Assembly: GCF_009914755.1 (NCBI RefSeq)
Contig: NC_060930.1
DNA: 64,000 bases
Source: the human T2T-CHM13v2.0 reference genome, Homo sapiens
Strand: one strand, 5' to 3'
In this document: in pieces, positions 1-13,842 of the stretch
Layout of the letters: every line of letters starts with the position of its first letter
Numbering within the stretch: the stretch's first letter is position 1
Program-made: the position numbers and the translations under genes
The notes under the pieces: model-generated
Database searches by the model: none
The model's input: the letters and a program-made list of their open reading frames with translations, nothing else
What the model was told of the DNA's origin: nothing

Positions 1-333
1 GCTAAGTTTTAGACTTGCTTGGGACCCGGCACTCTGTTTCTTTCCCATCTCTCCCTTTTGGAGTGAAAATATTCTATGAGTGTTCCACTCATATTTTGGG
101 AGCATATAACTTGTTTTGTTTCAAAGGTTCACAGGTGGGGAGGAATTTTGCCTCGGGATAAATGATACCTTGAGTCTCACCCATATATGATTCATATGAC
201 ATTTAGATGAGGCTTTGTACTTTAGGCTTTCAAGTTGATGCTAGAATGAGTTAAGAGTTTTGGGGCTGTTGGGATGAAATAAATGTATTTAGTTTGTGAG
301 TAGGATGTGAAGTTTGGAAGGCCAGAATCAGAA
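1..333 (+). mobile_element. MLT1A-type MaLR internal sequence, 3' end (continues beyond window start)
   Basis: MaLR-int-like tail ending in a purine-rich stretch (GGAAGGCCAGAATCAGAA) directly abutting the TG of the LTR. Confidence 0.6.
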
Positions 334-702
334 TGCTATAAACTGAACATTTTTGTCACTGCCTCCAAATTCATATGGTGAAATCCTAACCCTCAATGTA
401 ATGGTTTTAGGAGGTGGGACCTTTGGGGTGTAATTAGATCATGAGGGTGGAGCTTTCATGAATGATATTAGTGCCCTTATAAAAAGATAAGATACAGCTT
501 TTTTCCTCTCTCTTATACACCATATGAGGATACTAGGAGAAAATACCATCTGTACCCCGGAAAGGTGCCCTTACCAGACACTAGATCTGTTGGCATCGTG
601 ATCTTAGAATTCTCAGCCTCCAGAACTACAAGAAAAAAAATTCTGTTGTTTAGCTACCCAGTCTGTGGTATTCTGTTATAGCAGTGTGAACTGACTAATC
701 CA
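334..702 (+). mobile_element. MLT1A/MLT1A0-type MaLR LTR (3' LTR)
   Basis: Starts TGCTATAAACTGAA; contains CCAAATTCATATGGTGAAATCCTAACC and CAGCCTCCAGAACT; ends AACTGACTAATCCA. Confidence 0.8.
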
Positions 703-1213
703 ATGGGTCAAAAGATAAATATATAATGATCAAGAAGACCTAACCACAAAAATATCTGAGGTAGTTAATTTATCTCCTGAGATAAAACAAAGCAGGACTC
801 TTTGCCTATCAATGTGCCTAAAAATAAAGAAGTCAGTGAGAGATTACTGGTCTCCATTTCTGCTGCTCAACTCTAAATAACTTTGGAAGAAATGCAATCA
901 GGAAAAGAGAGTTTTAGTCTGATTGTCAGGTCTAAAGGATAGGTGTATAGGGTGGAGAAACTGACAGTATAAAAATTCTAAGCCTTCTTCTGGGGCTTGA
1001 TAGAGTGAGTGCTGTATCTAGACCATCATTATCATTGCCCCAGATTCAAAGCACTCGGTTTATCCAAGACTGGTAAGGTTGGGGACATTTAGAGCTCAGC
1101 CATGGGCCAGTAGAAGCCATCATCTGGAATTTATCACAAGCTATTTTCATCCATGGGGAAATGTACTCAGACTCAAAAGAGGCTTTTAGACTGATTCCAA
1201 CTTGGAGGATGAG

Positions 1214-1220
1214 TATATAC

Positions 1221-1277
<57 letters not shown>

Positions 1278-1281
1278 TATA
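1214..1281. repeat. Interrupted (TA)n microsatellite
   Basis: Directly visible TA run with CA/TG interruptions. Confidence 0.97.
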
Positions 1282-2429
1282 CTCTCGTGTGTGTGTATAA
1301 TATATGAAATTAATGTGTGAAAAATACATATGTACACCTCTTCTCTGCTATTCTTGTTTTGTACTTTTCAAATTCTAATTCACAGTTATCTCCTTTTATT
1401 GTTTTTTCAATAAGAATGATTCACTGTTTTTTTTCTAATTCCAGAATCAAAATTCTCTTCAATTCTTATAGGATAAATGAAACATTTATTTGCTTATACT
1501 TTTCTGGCAAGAGGAGATGGTATTCAAGATTTCTGTATGTTCCCTTTACAGACCATGGAATATCTAAATCAAGAACTATATCTTTTTAACATTGATTTTT
1601 GAATAACTGGAACAATCCTAAAAATTCTCAAAATATATGAGTGGGTAATATATTTGATTTTGTTTAGTGAACATGAAGTTTTAAACCAGAGTTATAATAT
1701 GAAATCTCAGGGCAGTGTGCTAGAAATCAGGAGGATTGGGTGGGGGCATTCCTTGATCTTTTCATCTCCTAGAGTCCATCTCTACATTGCAGTCATGTTC
1801 TATGATGAACCATTGGTCTCATAGTAGGGGCTCAGTGAGTATTTGACAAAGTGGAAAGGAAAGCCAGGTCTACTGGGAACCCTGAGAAGCTTCCAGAGTG
1901 TCATCCAGAGTTTGGCCAGCTCTCTGTCCTTTTTCTGCTTTGACTTCCAATGCAGAGTGATTCTCTAGTAGAAGACAATATGGAAAAGGTAATACAGAAC
2001 CACACAGGAAAAAGAGTAACTGATTATGCTTAATTTAACCTTCATAGAAGCAAGGCCCTACTATCTTCTTCTACAATTTAACATCTACTAATCCAGTGAT
2101 AGATCTCAGTTCTCTCCTTTCTCGTCTAGATATATGAGGGTCTCCTTCATATTATTTCACTCTCAGTAAGAAAATGAAGCCTGGATCAACATTCTCAGTG
2201 CTTTCCCTACTTAGAAGTTCATTCAACAGTTTGCTAAGTCTAACTTTCTTGACAGCAATAGTTAATTCTGATTTAATTCCACCGCCCACATGTGTGCCCA
2301 GCACCAAATAGGTGCCAAATACAATTTAGAATAAATAAACTATTTATTCAATCAGTCACTTATGAGCTTGAGGACTATTTTCTTCATGTTGAAAATTTCC
2401 TTTAACTTTTTACAGTTTAGTTTTTATTG

Positions 2430-2730
2430 TTTTTTTTTTTTTTCTTTTGAGACAGAATCTCACTCTGTCGCCCAGGCTGGAGTGCAGTGACATGATCTCA
2501 GCTTACTGCAAGCTCCACCTCCCGGGTTCACGCCATTCTCCTGCCTCAGCCTCCTGAGTAGTTGGGACTACAGGTGCCTGCCACCACGCCTGGCTAATTT
2601 TTTTGTATTTTTACTAGAGACATGGTTTCACCGTGTTAGCCAGGATGGTCTCGATCTCCTGACCTCATGATCCGCCTGCCTCGGCCTCCCAAAGTGCTGG
2701 GATTACAGGCGTGAGCCACCGCACCCGGCC
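2430..2730 (-). mobile_element. AluY
   Basis: Y diagnostics GCAAGCTCC, TTCACGCCATTC, CCGTGTTAGCCAGGATGG; TSD GTTTTTATTGTTTTTT at 2420-2435 and 2731-2746. Confidence 0.93.
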
Positions 2731-4059
2731 GTTTTTATTGTTTTTTGTAAAGCTTATTTACTCTTTAAAATTTTCCTCCCAATTTTTCAATAGTAAAGAA
2801 GTACAAGACTGGGCATCATGCTCTACTAAGAGCACAAACATTCAGTATTAAATGGAAAGATTACTTTATAATTTCAAATTGTGAGAAAGCTTTTAGTTTT
2901 AAATACCATGTTTCCTTAAAGAAAATAATGTTTTACTGCTGACTCAGGATCAGCCTAATATCCATTCTCAAACCCTCCCCTTCCCTGCCAGGGTCTATTT
3001 CTCCTGTATTAGCACTTAGGCAGTCATCCATTATAATAACATCCCAAGACAGAAAGATAATTATCTTTCTAAATGAGCTTGTCCCCAATTAGTGAAAAAA
3101 ATAAAATGCCTAATCTACAAATGTGTATTTTCTTTGCATTTCAATATACACGAATACTATTGTTTAAGCTTTCAACCAGGATTATGAGTATGATCCCCTT
3201 TTCTCCTTTAGGACTGGGATCTATATGTAGGCCGTAAAGACACATTAAAGAGTGAAAACCAAGAAGAGGCCTGTTGAGATGAGCTAATAATAGAAATTGG
3301 TGTCAGACTGGAGGGCAACAGTAGACTGGCCAATCTAATGAAAGACACACGTAAGCGTTGAGGTCAGGGTAAGGCAGGAAAGAAAGCCAAATAGACAGAT
3401 GAGAGTCTGATAAATGTAGAATCAGGAGGTCAGATAGGTAGCTGGAACTAAAAATTAAGCTAAAAGCTATTAGCCAGGGGGTTTTCGACTTTGGGGAAAG
3501 AAGGACAAGAGCAAAAAGGAAATGGCTGATAAAAGACTTCCTGTTGGCTCAACTCTTTCTATTTCTCTATTTCCCTGAAGGAGAGTGGCCAGAATGCAGA
3601 AGGCCACTGAGCAAAGTCAGCTGTGGAAAAAAATGAAGAATCAGGGTGTAATCACTGTTTGAAGAGAAAGCTCTTACAAGATCTATTGTTCCTAGACTGG
3701 AAAAGCAAAACTTGGCTTAGATAGGGCCTTGATCATTATAATAATACTTTAATCAATCTCAGTTATATTGGATTGTTTATTAATGAAGACATGCATTAAC
3801 ATTAAGAAGGACCTTAATATTGGCCTTTAGATCTCATATCATTTCTAGGAAAAGTAGGCAAGGTGAGAAATTGTGTGTATTGCTGCAACCCTGTGGATTT
3901 TGCTTATATTTATTGGGCTTAGAGTCAAACCACATTCTCTGTGCTCTAAAGTATGGGTGATCTTGTGTGACAGACAAAAATATTTTGTCTTAAAAACTAA
4001 TTTATTAACAGGAGCCAGTGATCCACAATAATTTGTTTTGAATTGAGACATAGAAAGAA

Positions 4060-4220
4060 CATGGGAGTTGGCATTAGTCGACAAAGGTTCTCATTCCAGG
4101 AATGGTACAAACCTGTGTATTGCATTTGGCAATGACATTTATTCCCCTCTTTGTCTCACTTCTCTCAACTGTAAAATCTGGGAGAAATCTATGAGATCCT
4201 TTCCAATTCTGTAACTGCAA
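4060..4220 (+). mobile_element. MIR-family fragment
   Basis: Degenerate core CTCACTTCTCTCAACTGTAAAAT and MIR3/MIRc-like tail TGAGATCCTTTCCAATTCT. Confidence 0.55.
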
Positions 4221-5244
4221 TCCCTTTCATGATGGTGTCTGAAGACAAAAGGTAGTATTTGTTATTGTTTATTTTTTCCTTTCAAATGTGAAGCACTACA
4301 AAAATAAAATGTTAGATTAGTCCCAAATAAATGGATATTTTTAAATTTCCTTAAAGTGATTTAGTGATATAGAATATAGCTGGATAGAAAATGATATGAA
4401 ATTATAATCTTCTACCTCAATATCAAATGCCTCTTCCCTACCCCCAAGTTGTTTCTAAGTATAGGATTGTTTTAAATGATAAGAAGAGAGCAGCCATTAT
4501 ATGCTAGCACATTATAGAGTTTTCAGGCACAACTAGTTTTGCAAGAGAAGAGAAGTAAAAATGTATTAATTATTTTTACTGTATAAATACACTTTTACAT
4601 CCTCTGTAGATTCTTATCTCTTTGGGAAAAAGAGAGGGTGTGACCGTGGGTCTGGCAGATGGTAACAATTCTATCAGATCAGTTCCCACATATAAGCCAC
4701 CATGGTTTGTGATAAGTCATTTTCAGTTTATTGCTAATTTACCTCTAAATTATTTAGTAGTTTTGATTTTGATTCTGCAACACCTAGAGGCAGTGATCTG
4801 CTACAAACTAACAGCCCATAAAAATTTGATTTTAGTAACAGTCATTTGCTCTTAGAAGTTAAATAATAAAAATGCTATCAATATAAATGTCAGTGAGGAG
4901 GGAAAACACTCAAAACACTAAGGACATCTGAGTATAGAATTTGCTAAAAGTGAATTGATTCTAGAAGAGATTTGTGTATTTTAATTGCAAATTTCCCTAC
5001 CAATTAAGAAAAATAATATTAAAAAATAAAAACCGAGGAGAGTTATTTTATAATTAGAAAAATGGCATAAACACAATTTAAATGAAAATAAATGATAAAT
5101 TAAAAATTAATTAATTAATTGCCTTCTACTAAGCTTAGTACAAATTTCTGACAGTGACCTCCACACATAGATTGATATTGGGTTCCAGATAAAATGATAG
5201 AATTCAAATTAGTAACATCATGTATGCAAAATAATTATAGGGGC

Positions 5245-5405
5245 TAATAATAGGTGTTTATTATGTCCCAGAATCTGTTCTTATTACTTTATAAGTAAAG
5301 TTATTTAATCCTCACACAAACTTATGAGGTAGGTACTATTATAATTTTTATTTAATAGTAGAGGCAATTGAGGCATAAAGTCACCTTTTGCCAAAGCTCA
5401 CAAGC
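5245..5405 (-). mobile_element. MIR fragment
   Basis: TTTAATCCTCACACAAACTTATGAGGTAGGTACTATTAT...GAGGCAATTGAGGCA matches the antisense MIR core. Confidence 0.75.
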
Positions 5406-5859
5406 CCACCCATGGTCTATTTTCTCTAGGTATAGATACACATATGTACCCATTAAGAAAATAATGTTAAAGGTTAATTATATATAAATACTGCTAGTCA
5501 AAACATTTAATATCAAGTAAGAGTAGTAAGTTATTGGAATAAAAATATTTATAATGTTATGTCTAAAACAGGTACTGCAAAATTAGAGCTCTGTAATCAC
5601 CTACAATGTTTACTTTTATCTTCTTTTGTTTCCCTTGAATATTTTAATTCACTACTTGGTTTTGAGGTTCAATAAAGGGAATGCACATGAAATCATTCCT
5701 CCTTCCTGTTTCTTGGTATGCATACTACTGTCTTACACACATGGCAATTTTTATGATATTGTTATGTCTTTTCATATCCTTAACCCTTAACATGTTCCTA
5801 ATGTTATGAGTGCATTATTTTCTGTTTGGAGGTATTCCTTTTATCAACGTTTGTATTGT

Positions 5860-6330
5860 TTCATTGATTCACTAGATAAATATTTATTGAGCTATTGTCA
5901 TTTGTCAGATGCTGCTCAGTAGTAGGGTAAAATGGTGAACAAAGTACAGTGACTATCTTTAGGAAGACTGGTCAAATAACTAGGAGATTATTTTACGATA
6001 TGTTAAGCCTAATATTAAGTAGTATTTTTCTGGGGGGAAAGGAAGTTAATATTGTAAACAGAGAAATAAGATACACCTTAGGAAGACACTCCTTTCACAA
6101 TGTAGAGAGTGAACTGCAATGGAGGCAGTGATGGAGATCCTAAAGCCAGTTAAGAGACTGTTAGTAGTAATACAGGAGGGAGGTCTTGGTGACTAGCACA
6201 AGAGCAGTGGTAAAGGGGATATACAAACTTTTAGAATTTCATGAGATCTATTCATTAGAATTTAAAGATTAATTGAATATAGTTGAATAATAATACTCTC
6301 CAATTTTATGGGATGAATGATAGATGACCA
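5860..6330 (-). mobile_element. L2 3' fragment
   Basis: TTCATTGATTCAC...AAATATTTATTGAG antisense L2 tail plus AGCCAGTTAAGAGACTGTTAGTAGTAAT. Confidence 0.65.
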
Positions 6331-7365
6331 GGATTTTCCTAGTATAATCTTTGGCATGTGGTTCAAACTAGCTTAGTAATGATCAAATGTAGGCGTTTTC
6401 TTCTCTGACCAGTATTTTCAAAATAAATATTTACATATGAAATACTAAATGGATATTTCTTAAAAGTAGTAATTTGGCTTAAATAAATAAATCACTGGGA
6501 CATATCCTCTGAGAAAATTAGGAAGAATCTCAGGATAAGTAAATCAGTGAGGAATATAATCCGCTGTGTGTGGGAACAATCCAAGAGATGTCTGAGAGTA
6601 ACCTACATGCAACCAAGTTCTTAGAGAATGCAAACTTACTGAGACACACAAAGGGTGTTACTAAGAATGTCTTTATAGTCAGCTTGTTCTTCTTCTGAAG
6701 AAGGAGTGTATTAATGTGTTCAAAGATGGATTAATCTTAGCCAGGCATCCGTAAGAGTTCCAAGAGAATATATGCATATAGATTCTACTAATTTACTAGG
6801 TTTCAGCACAGGAGTTGTTCTGTCCCACAAACATGTAGAGGTCTGTTTCCTAGAGACTTTGGCTACTTGTTAGATAAGTTGACATTCTAGATTTTATATA
6901 TGGATCTTTCTGAGTTTGGTTAATGTAAATCTGCCTTCCTAAGACATAAGGTTGCTGATGGGGTTTTGACAAAAATTATTGCCATGAGGGACAGATATGG
7001 GACTAGGATGTATATTCAAGATAAAGCCTTCCTAAAAAGGGCCACGTCTTGATGGCCAGCAAGCCAGCTTTCCTCTGCTGTCCCATAGCTTTCATATGGA
7101 CTTTTCTCTCTAAAACTACACAACTATCTCAAAGAGTAAATTTTATCTTCTATTGGAAAATTATTTTACTAAATATTTTAAGAACCAGCATTTTAATACA
7201 TAATTTGAAAAGCACAAACTTTTTATTTTACTGTTTGGGGAAAATAGGTACAATTTATTTCATTAAAATAATACAAAATATTTTTCAGCTGAAAGTAGGC
7301 TTGAAGTTAGATGGTCTGTTCTAATTATTTTAAGACCGACCTTTTATCTTTCTGGAACCATAGCT

Positions 7366-7460
7366 TTCTCTCTCTCTCTCTGTCTCTCTCTCTCTAATCT
7401 ATCTCCCTCCTGCCTTTCCTCCCTCCCTCCCTCTCTCCTACTCTACATCTCTATTATCTG
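7366..7460. repeat. (CT)n / CT-rich low-complexity tract
   Basis: Directly visible. Confidence 0.9.
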
Positions 7461-10400
7461 TCTCTTTTATTTATTTCCTCACAACCACTAACAGCTAACC
7501 CTGACCATTTACCTTGAGTGTTTGAACCACTCGTTGCAAGAGGGATTCAGAAAGGGGCTATGGTATGGAATGAAGAAGGACAAACCCATCTCTTTTAGTA
7601 GAAAAATTATTCATATATCCTGAGTCCTCCTAAAGGTAAGGGTAGGTAAGATGACTTTTGAAAGAAGACCTATGTGCCTCACAGTAGTAACAGTCATTAC
7701 TGCAGGATAGAATTCCTGATAAAGGTTCTTCTTGTCATCTCTTCAGTTCAATTTTATAACCAGAATTTGCAGAAAGTTTTAATGTAAGGTAGCATTGAAA
7801 CATAACCCGTAAGATTAAAATCAGGTTCCAAACACCATCCATTTAAACATTTTCTGTTTTCCCTAATGAAACACTTAGTCTCAAACCACACTCAAATATC
7901 ACTGAAGAACCTAAGATATTTAAGCTTGCCAGGGTACCTGGATCTTGGGAAATTATCTTGGAGTCACTTTGGAATGAGAAAGCAGCGGCATTAGGCTAGC
8001 ATTCAAGTAAAGTGAATCTGCTAGAATTTTGTTTGACTTCGTTTTTAAATCATTTGTCTTTTCTGTCAATCAAAGTTATTCCACAGGACTCTTTGAAGTC
8101 TTCATTTGGGTTTATAGTGTTCAGATGATACCCTGCAGGAAAAGTTAATCAAACAGATGAGCTAAGTTTCTTTCTTTACAGAAAGAAGTAAAAGCACGTC
8201 CTCATCCCTACTCTTGATGTATTAAACTTTCAGTCTAATGAAACATTAGAATTTACATGGATAGGCTCTGCAGCATAGGTGGGTATTTCAAATTCCAAGT
8301 CTTGTTATTATACAAAATGTTTGAATATTATATTCCTCATTTTCTTGTTCGTTAACTTTAAATATATTTTGGGAAAGAATGGAGAGATTTATTGAGATGG
8401 ATTATGTAAACTGAAGTTTAGATGATCTTGATTTTTAAATTTATTTTTTCTAAATGGAGGTGATAGTATGATTTTAAAAGAAAAAGACCTGCGAATCTAA
8501 AATAATATTAAAGATATTTATATTACGTGTATACAACCACAAAATAACTCTATAATATACCTAATTAAAGAGGCAATTAGATAAAGGCTTCCTGTAATAA
8601 AAATATAGTACCCTGTCACAGCATCATACTTTCCCCTTAATTATATTATGTAGATGCTGTGATATTCACAGATTAGCTATTAATAGAAATTCTTTGATTT
8701 ATTTTGAGTACATCTATATGTTTCTCAACAGCACTCTCAGCAAAGCACCATTATTACTTTATTAAATACTACTTTTGTCTACTTGAGCTTAACAAACAAA
8801 TCTAATGGTACGAAAGAATTTAATTTCAGAGCTGAAAGATAATTTGTTAGGCACTGTTAATTCACACAATTCAAAGTTAATTATGTTTGGCAAAATTAGG
8901 AGTATGGTAATTTTGTTCTGTTGAGCTATAGCTTTTATGAAATTTTATATTCTGATTAAACCCGATAGACAAAAATATGTAACAAATTGTAATATTTACA
9001 GGAGATGTTTTGTGTGTACATGTGTTTGCTGAGTCATATCATATTTTAGACTCTAAGTCACACTTGGTAGATTTTGTATACTTCATGAAGAACTTGTGTT
9101 TCATTTTTTCATTTTTTCTTCCTTGTTATAATTGAAGGTGAAATTCTCAATCATCATTTCCTATTTTTTTCCTATTGTTGTTTCTTTTCTCATAGTATAA
9201 AAATATAGTGATTTTTTTTAGCTTAAATTCACCAGACCAGCAAAAATGTGTAATAAATCACACTTCTAAAGAACATTAAAATCAGCTTCCCAAGATGTGA
9301 ATGTGTGATACATCTCTTCCATGATGTTGTCTCTCCTAGTCAAGCTTTAAATAACAATGGAAACTCTTACTTTTGTTATGCCATAAATAGAGTCATAATG
9401 AAACCATTTCAGCTTTCAGAAAACACAGGAGACAGCATATTACATCCATAACTTTTTCAAAGGACCCATGACAAGAGTTTGAATATTTGTTGACATATTC
9501 CTGTATTTTAAATGAGCAAAGCCACCCTGGGATGTAAGTATAAAACATAAGAGAAACAAAAAGAATATATTCTAGAGAGTATGCTTATCATGGGCCCACA
9601 ACCTTGCATATGACTTCCTTGAGTCTTTAGTAGAATTCAGAGAATGGCTTATACATTCCATGTTAATTCTTCAGATCTTTTTGTTCACCCTGAACATCAT
9701 TTATCCCTATGATCAGAACTACCAATTTTTGAAGCAGCTGGGTCCCTTCATTAATATTCTTTCAATTATTAAAGCTTCTCTACATACTTATCTACTCCAT
9801 TTCAGAGCTTCCATAATTAACAGCAGCTTTTTATAATGGTACTTTTAGCCGAATAATGAAAACAGTCGTTTTTACTTAAAGTAGCCTCATCAACAAAATA
9901 GAATAAAATTCATAATGTTATGTACTTTCTTTGAAAACTATAAGCTGACTAATATTATTTACAATTTAATGTGTTTATTAAAATTTGTTTAATCGCCTTT
10001 GTCTTCTTTATTTATGCACTTTTTTTTTCTGTTTGTCTTTACAACAAAGAGACCAAACCCATTTCATCAAAGAAACTTACAACTTTTTGATGAAATGCTT
10101 GTTATTTATTTTGGTTTATTATTTAAAGACTTGTCTGCTTTCCACTAGATCTTCTGGTTAATTATGTTTGAGATTTTAATTTGCATGCTTTTCACTTCAG
10201 TTAAATAGTTTTGAAGATAGAGAAAGATAATGAAATAAATCTCTGGCAATTGGAAAATCTCTACATAAGAACACAATCATTTTTGATTCCTAAGTTCTGT
10301 AACCGTGGGTTCTGGAGCTTGGCGAGGCATCCTCTAATACTTATAATGCTTACTGTCTTCCCTTGCTTGTCTTAGTGGTAACCCATCATCCTTCAGTGCT

Positions 10401-13139
10401 ACACAGAGCATCCAGCAGACACAAGTGTTCAGGTCACAAAGCTGAGTTCTTGTACCTGGTTTCACTAATGGGACTTATATTTTGCTGTAAGCATGCTGGG
10501 AGGGTCTAATCTTTTATTCAAAAGATAAACTTCTTCAGTTTAAGATTAAATATTATTGCTCATAAAATACCATAAATCTCCTCTTTGTCTTTTAAAATAG
10601 AAATGAAGGTTCTGTTAAACATTTAAAAGATACACAAGAATGGCTGCTGATAAAAAAGAAGGTTGAAGCAATAAGGGTAATAAAAATTCAAATATAAATT
10701 AGTAGAATAAAGTTATTTCAGATAAAATAATAATTGTCTGAATTATAGGATGAGGGATGTGGGATGGATCTTATTATTTAATACCATATACTCTTTTAGA
10801 GATGTGGGAACCAAGATATCCTTGACTGTTGAACTTCAAAACTCCTAGCTAGGTAGAGCAGTGTCTTGCATTTTGAGGATTCTCAATTCATAAACTTGCC
10901 TTCCATTAGTGTTGGGGTCCTTTGTTTCTTTCCATGAAACTCTGTCCCTCAGTGTAACAGTACTACCTTCAACATACAAGCAGCATCATGGACTCTGGGC
11001 CTCCAAGGCCAACATCTTAAATCTAGCTCAGCTTTATAAAAATCAAAAGGCAATCTGAAGGACTGGGTCCATCTCAGTCATCAGTCTGATGATTATGACC
11101 AGGTTCTCTGGTCATTATATGACCTGATTCTCTGTGTACACATCAGAAAATGATTAGAACATGATCACCAAATTTTTCTAGGAGCCTTACTTGTAAAAAA
11201 AAAAAATTGTATTTTTCAATGGTTTCCTTGGAGTTAAACATCTTGGGGTGAAGGGCAAAAATTACTTAATTAAAAAATAACTTTAAAAACAACAACAATA
11301 ACAAGCCAAAGCATCATCTGGGCATTTAGGAAAAGAAAAGGAGATTCATGAATCCCAAAAATGTGGCTTTCATAAAGTAATAGATCACTGTTATCTATTC
11401 CCAATATTGCTATATCAGAAAGAGGTTTAAACTGTATTATAGTGTCATGCATATGATATAGACATTATACGGACACACATTTTTTCCCTTTAAATAAGAT
11501 TATATGAATTAACTCAAGTATGATTTGGAAAGTTCTACTAAAATTAACACATCCTTTGAAAATGGCTGCTGGAAGGTAAACTATTAAATCTTATTCACTT
11601 AATTTGTTTGCCTTATTTAGATCTTGTTTTGGGTCTTCACTAAGCAAGTCTAACCTGATCAACCAGCTGGTGATAATTAAGTTCTACTTCACCATTGGCA
11701 TTGCAGATGGCAGCTGTTATCCTAGTCATCCATCCAAACAAAAAGGATGGCAAAAAGCCCTCCCAGATCAATTATAAAATAAATTCATTTTCCTCTCTTT
11801 TTCTTCTGGGAAAAAGAAATTCAGCCTAAAAGGCCGACAACTTTTATTTCTAAAATTAAATATTTAGAGCAAATTCACCCCAGAAACGTGGAAAAGAGAA
11901 AGATTATTGGCATGTCCCTGAAATTAGAATTTATCTTGTTTATCAAGAGAGCAAGATAAACTGAAAAATTTGCTTTTAATCATACTTTCTTGATTAAAAA
12001 AAGATAAATTCTAACTTTAGGAATATGTGTATGTATATATACAGATAGATGAGTATTTCTTTGAAGATTTTACACACCGTGCAATGGACTTTGCTATAAG
12101 TATTTATTGCTACTGCTCAACTATTATTATTTATTTAATATTATTAAATTTTCTAACTGCAATGTATGGTATCCCACCAAGGCCTGTTAAGATTTCACTT
12201 GTCAGAGACTTCAGTGATAGAGATTGTATAACAGGCCACAGGCATCCAGAAATCTAAGAATAAAACACTAGATAAGAGCATTTTCTTTCCAGGCAGCCTT
12301 AGTTAGCATTGGGATTATGCAGAGTGAATTGCTTGTTTACTCTGGTGATACAAATGCAATACATTTAGGGGTGATACGCAGTCATGGGCCAATTAGGCAG
12401 CAGCTGGAATCAATGGAGGTTGTTCAGACAGAAGCTCGGAGGGTCTATTGAAGCCATGCTGTTCCAGGAACTCTAGAAAGGCTGCTTTCTCAGAGAAAAT
12501 CCTTCTCTCCTTATCCGCCCTGTTTTTTAAAACTGAAGTGCAGTTTCTGTGGAATTTCCCCCTGCAGTACAATTATAGAGTCTCATTCTGAAAGCATTTG
12601 ACTCTATAATAACAGCAACAGCAGCCTCAGCCGTTAGATAATGGCCTGAAATTTGAGATCGGGAAATGTTTTTCTAGCAATGGCTGATAATGGATAATAA
12701 ACAGTGGCTTTAGATTATATGAGACTGCTAGGGATCAATGTTCTAAAATGCTTCTTAGCATTGATGCTGTTTTTACTGACAGAATGAGCATTGCTGTTCA
12801 TGTTAGTAGCAGCATGAACAGCAGACTGCAGATGTGGAAAATTAAGGAAATTTGAGGGTCCCAAATCCCCCCAAAATTCATACTTCAACATGTAGTAGAA
12901 ATGAGTAAAAGACACAGAAGGCATAAATTTTATTAAAATACCTTAAATGGGTAATTCTATAGTCAATGACAAATTAGAAACAGTGAATTAACTTGTGCTA
13001 GACTGCAGTAGAATATTTTACTGAACTTTGATCTCTGCTTTTTTGTTTTGCTACTATACCTAGCATATATGTGTTTCAGTTGTGTCTAAATTTCAGCAAC
13101 CTATGATTTGTGTATGCTTTCTTTTAATATTTATAAAAT

Positions 13140-13842
13140 TGTTGGAGTAGGTAGCTAGGCACAAGTGTGCAGAACAGGAGAGGGCCCCCTACCAAGAATG
13201 TCAGGCAATGATCAGTTAGTTGATGGTCAGGCGGTTGTTAAACTGTCTCTGTAAAATAATAATTGGTCACAGCCAGTGCTAGGGAAAAATAGTCTCCCAA
13301 TACAAAGAAAACACCTGAAGCTGGTGATTAGCAGTTCCTGATAGAATCTCAGGATTTGGGTGAGCAGTCCCAAGCATGCACACTAAGAGGCAAAGTGGCC
13401 GAGTTTAACTGGCCTATGACCTTCCTCTAGAACACTCGACTGGTAAGGGAAAAACACCTCAAGTGAACATGTGCACAACTTCAGTAAACACACTGGGCAT
13501 GTGGCCCCTCCCAGGCCACTGCACGTGCAGATAGCCCACTCCAAGAGAAGAATCAAGGGAGAAAAAATGCAAACCCCAGGACCAGGCCAATGTACAAAAC
13601 TGCAAGTCAAGGGCCGAATGGCACAATTGGATCTTTCAAGTTGCCAGCTTGGCTTCTTCCAAGTGTACTTTACATCCTTTCATTCCTGCTCTAAAACTTT
13701 TTAACAAACTCATTCCTGGTCTAAAACTTGCCTTGATTTCTTCCTCTGCCTTAAATCTCCTCCTGCTCCTCAGCCAAATTCTTTCCTCTGAGGAGGCAAG
13801 GATCAAGTTTGCTGCAGACCCTTGGATTTGCTGCTGATAGCA
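13140..13842 (+). mobile_element. MER50 solo LTR (ERV1)
   Basis: TG...CA termini; start TGTTGGAGTAGGTAGCTAGGCA...CAGGAGAGGGCCCCC and end CTGAGGAGGCAAG...GCTGCAGACCC match MER50; 4-bp TSD AAAT/AAGT. Confidence 0.85.
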
